Shown here piece after piece: positions 39,301 through 49,601 of a stretch of DNA of 64,000 bases. A model generated the notes under the pieces. The model worked only from the letters and a program-made list of their open reading frames with translations, was not told the DNA's origin and did no database searches. Numbering within the stretch: the first letter of the stretch is position 1; each line of letters starts with the position of its first letter. Location of the stretch: assembly GCA_043228905.1 (NCBI GenBank), contig JBHGNT010000006.1, positions 11,594,001 to 11,658,000 on the forward strand, given 5' to 3'. The DNA comes from Azolla caroliniana. Its lineage: Eukaryota > Plantae > Polypodiophyta. The translations under genes were made by a program, and so were the position numbers.

Positions 39301-39974
39301 ATTTTTGTGTGGGCTACTATGATTCAATTACAAAGAAGAAGGCTAGAGCACATGTCAATGAGCGTAACGTGGTTAACTACATCATGTGCCCAACTGTAAC
39401 CAAAAAATTAAGACATGTGTCAGGGGATAAAAGTATGGTGAACCCTTATCAAAAACCTCAAAGATTGATCAACCGCCTCATAGAGCTCTTCTCGAATCCA
39501 GATGATTGGGTCCTAGACTTGTTCTCTGGCACAGGTATAATATATATATTTAATTTCAATCATGTCAATCAAGTTTAAGACGTTACTTCTTATATATACT
39601 TGTTTGTGTTCATGCGACCATTAGGTACAACGACAACTTGTGCATTGAAGATGTTTAGAAACTGTGTTGCATTGGAGAAGGACCCTGCTCAAGTTAACTT
39701 CATCAAAATGAGGATCACAGGAATCTGGGACTGTCCAGATCAGGATCAAGAAGTCGGAGCAAAACACATCAACGAGACAGAGATGTTCCAGATGACTTCA
39801 CGAGAACCAATGGAACCAATTGATGAAGAAGCAGGGGAGCTGGTGGACCTAGAAGATGTAGCACAGTTTGACCATACATCAGATTCGGGAGAGCTTGGAG
39901 ATAACACGAATGAAAACAGTCTAGAACAATCAGTGCCAGAGCAGCCTGCTCTGCCTGATTTGCTTATAGATTGA
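36303..39974 (+). CDS. Spliced ParB/Srx-like domain + beta-class N6-adenine/N4-cytosine DNA methyltransferase (~990 aa)
   Basis: Predicted exons 36303-36415, 36765-38385 (or -38402), 38492 (or 38485)-38623, 38692-39155, 39245-39534 and 39625-39974, with phase-compatible GT-AG introns. Motifs: YVIGGSHSAEARR (ParB-like), LLIADIPYG (DPPY-type motif IV), HWIKTN, NPYQKPQRLINRLI and WVLDLFSGTGTT...RNCVALEKDP (SAM-binding motif I). Confidence 0.85.
36535..36634. repeat. Two tandem long palindromes in predicted intron 1 of the MTase gene
   Basis: 36535-36589 has 27-bp arms with one mismatch; 36592-36634 has 21-bp arms with two mismatches; shared core AAATCCGATGCA-N-TGCATCGGATTT. Confidence 0.9.
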
Positions 39975-40704
39975 TGTAGATGGTGTAATGTAAAAATTGA
40001 GGATTTTGAGGCATAATGTTCACCATCACTTCATATTATATTTGTATATGAGAACATCTGTAATTGTTTATCGTTTAATTAAATTCACCTGTTCATAATT
40101 TCCCTTTTTAATCATTATTGGAACCGTTGTTTGTATTTACATATAATTGGTCACCATGCTCTTCTTCAGTTTGAGATATTAACATGATATTGTAATTTCT
40201 CATTTCTGTTAGCATGACTGTATATGAAAAGGCGAATGTTTTTTATAATAAGAGATTTTTAGTTACCTACGGTTCAAGTCTACTGGTTCCACATAGTATA
40301 AATGAATGTTGTACGTAATTGTTACTCTTACCAATTACATTGTCATGAACTATATGACATTATACAATGAAACTATCGATATACCCGTCCAACAAGTGGG
40401 GTACTACTTTATTCCTAAACCCAAAACCACATATTTATAATTACGGTTTATGTAGTTTTACTCTACAATTTGAATATGGATACCAATTTTAGAACTTTAT
40501 ATTGAACCAAGTCTTCAATTGTGCTCCATGATATGCAAATTGACACGAATGTGGACACATATACAATTTAGTAATTGCTAGGTTTTTTTTGTTCTATATT
40601 TAACCATCAAGTCGCAAAAGGGGTACGCATGCATCGTATATTTTCGATATCAGGCTAAAATAGGGTACTTTTCTACATCTGGCCAACTATGCCAAAAGAG
40701 AATA

Positions 40705-40737
40705 CGACATATTACCTGTTTCAAATGACCCGGTGTT
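40705..40737 (-). repeat. Right terminal inverted repeat
   Basis: CGACATATTACCTGTTTCAAATGACCCGGTGTT. Confidence 0.95.
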
Positions 40738-43700
40738 GAAGGAGGAAATGAAGTAGCGTCGGAGGCAGCACACAAGGACTTCCTAGCATGGGACCAAGGA
40801 GCGTGTAGAGTATTATATTGCCTCGCGTCCTGTCTGCACGATCACATGCTCAGCTACATCAAGGACGCAAAAATGTCAAAAGATGCCTGGGAAAATCTAC
40901 AGAAGATTTTCAATGCAAGCACCACGGCCCGGAAGTTGCAGCTCCATCAAGAGCTCAACAACATCTGACAACGGGATGTGTCGGTCACCGACTACACCAC
41001 CAAGATAAAGGAGATATGAGACGCGTTGTTGTCCATCAACGTGATGGTGGACGAAGACGAGAAGGTCCAAATCTGCCTCAGTGGTCTATCATAGAGGTAT
41101 GGGCCTATTCGAACGGCGATTTGCACCCGAGAGAAGCCCTTGTCGTTCGTCGACTTACAATCAATGCTGATGGTCGAAGAAAACCACACGAGTGAGTTGA
41201 GGACCACTCAATCGGACAACCAGATGATGTACACAGAGGCAGATCGGCCCTGTAGGTGCGGAGGACGAGGTGGATTGACACGCAATAGTGACGGCCGACA
41301 AGAGCAGAATCAGAGGCACGGAGATAGTGCCAATAGTAGTTCTGGACCCACCACGAGCAAGGGGAGTCAAGGCGGCGCCAGGAACCGATAATCGAAAACC
41401 GAAACGGAATGCTAGTATTGTGGTAAGAAAGGCCATAGGGAGAGCGAGTGTTGGAAGAAGCACGCCAATTCGGACAAATCCAAATTCGGCAAGGCCGAAC
41501 AAGGGAGTCGGCAACGTTCGCACTACGCCGAAGGATCAGAAGGATCTGGAACCGGAAAGACCAGAAATGGATCAAGCCCAGCCTTTGTGATGAAGCACAA
41601 GGCAAACTCGACAAAGAATACCACCTCCAAGTCAGAAGAAGTGTGGTATGTTGACTCCATAGCATCGAACCATATGACGAGCCATGAAGAGTGATTCTCG
41701 TATCTCGAGAAACCGAAGCAATCGGGAGTGGTCAAAACCAGGGACAACACTCCGCACCCAATCGAACATGATGGAAAAGTTCCCTTAAGTCATGTCAGAC
41801 AAAAGGGAAAACTCATGAACGTGTTGTGTGTCCCGACAATCACAAAGAACCTGGTGTCGGTCAGGCAGATTGTCGATCAGGGGATGCAAGTTCGATTCAC
41901 GCATCTTGGGTGCTTCATCGAGGAAGAGGGCCAGATCATCGTGTAAGGGTGTCGGAATGGGAGGATGTTCATCCTCGACACTAATGACGTCGGCACCGCT
42001 ATATTCGCCAAAGGACAAAAAGTGAGTTGGACATCGACTTATGGCACAAGCGAATAGACCACACCAATTATCAAAGGCTTTGGGACCTGCAGTTGAAACA
42101 GGTTGTATTCGGACTGCCGAAATTCAGTGGCCGGAAGGCTGCCAGCTCGGGAAGCAACACCAACTTCCATTCCCCAACGAGCAAAACCAGAGCCAGAACA
42201 AGCTCGACCTGATACATTCGGATGTATGGGGACCACCACAGATTGTTAGTCTTGGCGGGAGTCGACATTTAATCTCCTTCATCGACAACTACATCCGACA
42301 CACGTGGATCTATCTCATTCAGAAGAAAAGTGAGGTTTTCGACTGTTTCCGAAACTTACAAAGTCTTGTCGAACAACAAACGAAGAGGAAGATCAAGTGC
42401 TTGCGATCTGATGGGGGGAAAGAGTATTTTTCTGGCCAATCGAACACCTATCTACAACAGAAGGGAATTCGACGATAATTCAATTGCAAGTATATGCTAG
42501 AACAAAACGGTGTAGCCAAGAGGAAGAACCGGTCAGTTGTAGAAGCGGCACAAGCAAATGCTGGAGGAGAAGAGCGTGCCCAAGTTCTACTAGGTTGAAG
42601 CGGTCCGGACGACTATCTACATCCAAAGCCAGATCGGGGAGAAGGTGTCAGCTCACGAACTGTATTTCAGGCGGATGCCCAATTTGAGACACCTTAGGAT
42701 ATTCGGCATCATTGCGTATGTGCATGTGCCGGATGAGAAGTGGAAGAAGTTGGACCCAAAGTCGGAGAAGTGCATTTTAGTCGGCTATTCACATGAATAG
42801 AAGGGGTATAAATGTTATAACCCCGGAACAAAGGAAGTTTGAGTAAGCCGAGATGTCGAGTTCGACGAGTCACATCCTGGTACTCTCTACCGACTCCTAC
42901 TCCCGACCACCTGATTTCGGATGATGAGGCCAGTGAGCCCAAAATGATCCAGGCAAAAGAAGAAGAAGAGTTTGGTACTCTAGACAAGAGTCCAATCTCA
43001 TTTCGGCTGAGCGGGCCGAATGAAAGACTAAGTCGGAACGACCAGTCGGACGAAGAGCCAACGAGTAGTGGAGACTCGGTTGTGCTCTCCCCGCGCAAGG
43101 AACCGTGGAGACAGTTCACACGCAAAGAGAAGGGGAAGAAGAAGATATTGAAATACGACACCGGCAGAGACGAGTCAGATCGGCGTGAATCCGACTCTGG
43201 AAAGAATGAGCAGGGACCGTTGGAAACGAAGTCCGAGTCGGCCAAAAGGGACCTCAAATCGGCTAACGACAAGTTACACCAATCGACCCACCAAAAGAAT
43301 CCCGTGAAGCGGTATGGTTATAATGATTACATGACACATCACTATACATACATGACGAAAGTGGTGGAAGTGCGTGAGCGGGAGAGCTACATAGAAGCGG
43401 CGAAAGAGGTGAACTAGCGTGTCGTGATGGAGGAAGAAATGCGGGCACTCGATGTCAATGACACTTGGGACCTGCTTGACCCTACGATCAGTTGCAAGTA
43501 GGTATACAAGGTAAAATATAATGTCGATGGTTCGATCAACCGATGCGAGGCCCGGTTAGTGGCCAAAGGATATGCATAGACCCACAGAATCGACTACGAC
43601 AAGACCCTCGCTCCGGTAGCGAAATGATGACGGTTCGTGTGGTGTTGGTAGTTGTTGCGGAAAGGGGGTGGCATCTTCACCAAATGGATGTGAAGAATGC

Positions 43701-45726
43701 ATTTCTTCAAGGAGATCTTGAAGAACAAGTCTACATGATTTAGCCCCCCCCCCCCCCCCCCCCCGGATTTTAGTTGGGGATGAACACATCAGCAGTGTGC
43801 CGACTCAAGAAGTCGCTTTATGGCCTAAAGCAAGCTCCCTGTGCTTGGAATTCGAAGATAACGCACCGGTTGCATAAGATGGGGTTTGCGTCATCGAAGT
43901 CCAACTCTTCGTTGTTCATCTGAAAGGGTTCAAAAGGTCCGGTATGCATTTTGTTGTATGTCGACGACTTAGTCGTTACCGGACTTGACCTCCCTGAAAT
44001 CAGCTGAGTGAAGTCCCAACTATTGGACGCACTCGAAATGAAGGACCTAGGGACCTTCATTACTTCCTTGGGATCGAAGTGATCCATTCCCCTGACGGCA
44101 TATTGCTACCTGAACGACACTATGTGTTGTATATGTTGTACAAGTTCGGCATGACCAAATGTCGACCAGTCTCCACACCTCTGGACCCACCTGCAATGAG
44201 AAACGGTTCCGACAAATTTTCGGAAGCCTTATATACTTGACAATCACCCGACCCGACATCAGTTATCTAGTCAAGGTGATCAGCCAATTCATGCAGAAGC
44301 CGACCGTCGAGCACCTTCAGTGTGTGCATCGACTATTGCGATATGTGGGCGGCACTGAGGATTGGGGACTGTTGTACCGACATGGTATAACCGAACAGTT
44401 AGTCAACTATACAGATGCCGATTGGGCCCATGATGTGTTAGATCGTCGGTCAACATTTATGTTTTCTCTGGGTAGCGCAATTGTTCCGTGGAGCAACAAG
44501 AAGCAGCCGATAATGGCTCAGTCGCGTAGTGAGGTTGAGTATCGTGGAGCTACCGTCGCGATCTGTGAAGCCATATGTCTTCGGCGGCTGCTAAAAGACC
44601 TCTAGATTGAAGTACCAACTCCGATTCCAATTTACTGCGACAACATTAGTAGCATGCCGCTCGCCAAGAACCCCGTTGTCGTGAAGATTTTCGGCAATAG
44701 TGTGAAAATCCCATAAAACGTACGAAATCGAGTATGAATCACATAGTACAATAATTGTGAAGATAACATTTTAAATAGATTTAATATCTAAGTACAAAAT
44801 GATGGAGGTTTCGAATGCACTTTATTACACGAGAAACGGACAACTAAATGTCAAGATATGAGGGGATCAAGTTTGTAAAAGGAAAAGAGAAAATTGTGAG
44901 ATATCCCACATAGGCACGACAAATACAGCTCTCATCATATATAAGGTGGAGCAAAAGATATTATCCTTGTGTCTATGTGTGGAGCATAGAGAGTTCAAGG
45001 TAACTTGAACTAAGAGTGGAGGTGGGCTAGCTACTCGTAAAGGGTTTTTGGCCAACCAAAACCGGATCGGCGATGGAGCCGGTGATCCGGCGGCATCCGA
45101 CGGCAATCCGGCGATGGTGATCCGACGGCATCCGGCGTCCGGCGACTAGATAAATAAATATATAAAAATATATACATATTTACATATACAAGGAGGGCAA
45201 GTAAGGATTCAAACCTTGCACCTCCAAGTTAGAAGTCAATTGGCTTACCATTAAACCATACTATTTAGTTGAAATTATATTTCTATCATTATACTTTTAC
45301 ATGTAAATTCTCATACATGAGAGCTAAAATGAGTGACATGGTTATCATGCACCACATGTAATACATAAGCGCCAAATGGCAAACATGCAATTTATGCATG
45401 TCTTGTACCCTCACATGCATCATATGCATGAGAGCATCTATAAAAGAGGGAAGGGGGAGGAGAAAAGACACGGTTTTTTTTATGAAAATTAAGAGGAAGA
45501 AATTCGTTTTCAAATCAATCGTGTAATCTCAACTTCTCTCTTTCCCAATCTATCTTAAGTACTTTCTCGCCAAAGCTTGTATCGACTCTAAATCCTTCTG
45601 GTCCAGAACCCCGGCAGTTCCGCCTCACGATCCGCGCGTAGTGACGGATCTTCACGACATAATTAAGTGGTGAACCCGACGTGAAAGAGGCGGTAGGAAG
45701 GATCAAGTCGAGATTAATACTTGGAG

Positions 45727-47868
45727 ATGGCGTCCTCAAGCAACCAAGCAGGAGAGCTCGAAAGGATGATGCTAATCGTCGAGCAAATGATGAGATCTCG
45801 GGACAACAACGCGAGCGTGGAGAAGGCTGTCGATCGTGTCGTAGAGCTCGAGGGCCAATTCGATGGAAGGAACGTTACGAAGTTCCTTGATGCATATAAG
45901 AGGGAGATGAATCAAAGGGACGTGTCCGAGGCACGTCAAATCGCAAGCTTCAAGAGAGTTGTCGCCAACAACATCCAAAGACGCGTCATCGAGCTTCAAG
46001 AAGGAAAGACAACATGGTCCGAGTTCGAGAAAACGATACTAGCGGAGTTCGTGACTGAAGACTCAACGAGGATGACTCGACATGCCCTGATGAAGTGGAT
46101 AGAGAAGAAGAATAAGAAGATGAGCGTCTTGAGGGTGTACGACGAATTCGACCAGATGTTTAGTCGTCTCCCCAATACGGACCAAGTATTGCTTGAAGAG
46201 GACAAGACTTTGTACTTCTTGAAGGCCGTGGACATAAAGGATAGACGGGAGTTGGGGACTCTTCTCGAAGATGATACCCAAGCAAATGGGCTCGTAGCGG
46301 ACTGGATCGCGGTGAAGCGGGCATGCAATAGGCTCGACAAGCGTCGCCAATGGGTTGATGACACCGACTTGACGGGACCGACTACCACGGAGAAAGCAAG
46401 ACCGCCAAAACTAGCTGAGCCGCCAAGACAAAGTAACGTGGAAGAAAAGAAGATTGATGACGACATCATTGAAGAGCTAGCGAAGAAGTTCGAGAAGGTC
46501 ACTCTAGCCAACATGAATCGTCGGGGCCCTAAAGGAAAAGAACCCTTTAGATGCGTGTGGTGCGATAGCATGGACCACATGAGAAGGGATTGTGCGAGCC
46601 TTCGAGAGGCGATTCGACAAAATATCGTATACATAGAGGACAACATGATCTGCTCAAGCGAAACTAGAAGACCCCTACGGGTGAATTTCGGAAGAGGAGG
46701 AATGAAGAGATCTATGGAGGATGCCGATGCGACTCATGTGGATGCGATGCACTATGCTGCGTCGGCCGGAATAAGAGTCGGGAAAGACAAGACTGAAGCT
46801 GCTAGAGCGGGAGCAAAGTTTTGGACTTCCGTTCTCGAATATGAGAAGAAGGGAAAAATCACATCGAACGAGGTAGAGCTTGCGGACCAAAGCGTGCAAA
46901 GCATAACCGGGTGGTCGGATCCGGTGGACGACAACACCATACTCGCAGAGGTGATGTGCGACAACCACGAGGTGTTCGTCGAAGAAAAGAGAAAGAGAAT
47001 AGAAGAGCAAGGGCCATCAAAAAAACATGAAACAAGGAACGCGAAAAAGAAGGACGATGCAGAGACGAGTCGACCTTTACAAACGGAGGAACGAGAATCA
47101 AGCCGAAAAGGGGAGCCGAGCATACGAGTTGAAGAAACGGTTCGGCCCGTGAAGGTTGGTGTCGAAGACCCCGCTCGGAGGACAAGGACCATACCTACCT
47201 ATAAGCTAAGGTCGGACATAGAGCAGACGACGGACCTAAAGAAGATTCTCGAAGAACGAGTTCTTGATAGCCACGTAACTTTGTCCTTGAGGGAATTGCT
47301 TGGCATTACGAAGAAGGAGTTCCATGACACGATCGTGGACCTTGTAAAGAGAAAGAGACAACAATCGGACGAGGAAGAAGAGAAGCCACAAAAAGCAAAA
47401 ACGAATGCCATAACGATGGCAAGAGCGAAATCGATGAAGATATGGTGGACAGCCACTACACTCGACCTCATTGGGCACGAGCAACAACGGAGACGCCGGT
47501 GAAGATCGGGGAGAAGAAAGAGACCGTGGTAGCCTTGATCGACCACGGCTCGGAGATCAACCTCATGTCAACCGACTTCTACAAAAAGGGAAGATGGCCA
47601 ATCAATACAAACCACGGATAGAAGATTCGCGCGGCAACAAAGTCTACGGAGGACTTGTACGGAGCTTGTCCCAATGTCAAAGTCACGATCGGGGATGTGG
47701 AGATGGATCAACACTTCTTCGTACAAGAATCGGCATCGCATCCTATCATCCTAGGGCAACCTTATATCACATCATCTCGGATGGAGACCAAAGTGTTCGA
47801 TAATGGAGCAGCCTTCGCACGAATAAAGAGTCTTGACAACCAAAGATCGGTCCAATTCCTAACGGTGC
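45727..47868 (+). pseudogene. Gag-protease of gypsy E (frameshift ~47425, stop, interrupted by F)
   Basis: FDGRNVTKFL, zinc knuckle CVWCDSMDHMRRDC, protease ALIDHGSEINL in a shifted frame. Confidence 0.85.
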
Positions 47869-48158
47869 TGTCATAACTAGACTCGAACCCATAACCTTTT
47901 GTTACACGGGTCGAGACTTTACCATTAGGTTATGAGTTGTAATTTGAAGGATATTATTTTCATTTAGGTTTTATTAGGAAATTGATGTATATTCCGGATT
48001 TCTCTGGAACATTCTAGAAACTTCAGGAGTATTCCTGAAGACACTATAAAAGGAGGCGCAAGGCATTAGTTCGAACCAAATCGGTTCAACGCCAGTCTTA
48101 AGCCTTCTAACTACTGTTGTATATCTTCCGTCATATAATACATATATCTTTCGCATCA

Positions 48159-48208
<50 letters not shown>

Positions 48209-48431
48209 ACTCATTCCTTCTCTCAAAGTTCGACACCTCTCATAGTACTAATCCTTCTCTGTCTTAGTACTATTCCCCAACAATAGTACTAATCCTTCTT
48301 TTAGTACTAATTCCTTCTCTGCCTTAATAGAGTTCCTGACAGTTTGAACCGATTTTGCTCCTACTAGTCTCCCTCTTCCTTCTGTCTCTCTCCTTTCCTA
48401 CTAGTCTCTTATTTCCCTTTTCCTTCATCCC

Positions 48432-49601
48432 ATGGCCACCGTTAGCGCTGAAGAGTATCAATCCGTTTTCTCGGAATTTCAATGCTTGAAAGAGAAGTTT
48501 CATGCTTTGGAACAAGAAAATCAACGCTTGTTGGGGGATCTTCAGCAAATTTCCTTAGAAAAGCAGCAAACGCAACAACAGCATGGGGAACTTGCGTTAC
48601 GCGTGCAACAACTCGAAGCAACCATCGTAGCAATGCAACAACAAGGGCACGGAGCACAAGGGATTCATAAAGAACCCAAGATTGGCCTTCCCACGAAGTT
48701 CGATGGAACGCGATCGCAGTTTAGAGGGTTTCTTAACCAGGTACGGTTAGTTATTCAAATGCATCCGTCCCGATATCCCACCGATGCATCACGAGTGGGT
48801 TTAGTAGGCACGTTGTTAAATGGCTCAGCATTAGCATGGTTCGCTCCGCTACTAGAAAAGGAATCTCCAGTACTAAATAATTTTGAAGAATTCATAAGTG
48901 AGTTTAAAGCATGTTTTGGAGATACTGACAGCATAAGGACTGCAATCAACAAAATCCGGCGATTACGCCAAGGTGACCGTCCAGCCTCCGCATATGCTGC
49001 AGATTTCCGCCTACTCGCCGCCGATATCCCCTGGGATGATCAAGCATTGATGGAGCAGTTCCGCTATGGTCTACGCAACGATGTCAAGGATTTACTCTTG
49101 ACTTTCCCTGAAGAGCCAAAATCATTAACAGAAGCAATCAGTCGAGCGGTCAGATGTGACAACCGCCTCTTCGAGCGACGTTCGGAACGACAATTTCAGA
49201 TGCCGAGGGCAAGATCCGAGCCTACCTATGCCTCAATGGTAGCGAAACCTTTTCAAAGGGAGTCACATAATGCGCCTCCAGTAAGTACTCCAACTCCAAT
49301 GGAAATTGACACTACACGTCGTCGTGGGCCGCTATCGGAGGAGGAAAAGCAACGACGCCGAACAAACCGATTATGCCTTTATTGCGGTGGACCAGGGCAT
49401 ATCGCGATAAACTGTCCCCATAGACCAAGAAGGCAGGTAAACCAAGTCATTGTTAGTTCTGACTATACTAAACCCGAGTCTATGTCAGTAGGAATCTCTG
49501 ATAATCCTCATAGTCATAATAGTCCTAATAGTACTAATAGTCCGAATCTCGCAAACAAATTTGATGTCCTTAGCCAATTAGAAGAAGAGTTAAACGACTA
49601 A
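48432..49601 (+). CDS. gag: Gag of chromovirus F
   Basis: 389 aa; coiled coil, PTKFDG, LRQG, PMEID, zinc knuckle CLYCGGPGHIAINC. Confidence 0.95.
   Translation: MATVSAEEYQSVFSEFQCLKEKFHALEQENQRLLGDLQQISLEKQQTQQQHGELALRVQQLEATIVAMQQQGHGAQGIHKEPKIGLPTKFDGTRSQFRGFLNQVRLVIQMHPSRYPTDASRVGLVGTLLNGSALAWFAPLLEKESPVLNNFEEFISEFKACFGDTDSIRTAINKIRRLRQGDRPASAYAADFRLLAADIPWDDQALMEQFRYGLRNDVKDLLLTFPEEPKSLTEAISRAVRCDNRLFERRSERQFQMPRARSEPTYASMVAKPFQRESHNAPPVSTPTPMEIDTTRRRGPLSEEEKQRRRTNRLCLYCGGPGHIAINCPHRPRRQVNQVIVSSDYTKPESMSVGISDNPHSHNSPNSTNSPNLANKFDVLSQLEEELND

Larger units (their letters stand above)
33093..40737. mobile_element. Cut-and-paste DNA transposon (Sola-like DDD) carrying a ParB-MTase cargo gene
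   Basis: Perfect 33-bp TIRs AACACCGGGTCATTTGAAACAGGTAATATGTCG; 4-bp TSD GAAG (33089-33092 / 40738-40741). Removing the element restores the copia gag frame GTT GAA GGA GGA AAT. Confidence 0.92.
32528..44676 (+). mobile_element. Copia element D (degenerate), host of the DNA transposon and of gypsy E
   Basis: LTR ~32528-32872, PBS TGGTATCCGAGC 32873-32884. Gag EKLDRSNYASWSYKMHQY continues at 40738 after the insertion. Integrase, RT and RNaseH remnants run to 44676. Confidence 0.88.

Noticed and set aside
36303-39974. Bacterial contamination as the source of the MTase
   Set aside because: The gene has spliceosomal introns and lies within TIRs/TSD inside a plant copia element.
43744-43764. Run of ~21 C in the copia D RT region
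   Set aside because: Homopolymer expansion or sequencing artefact in a dead element.
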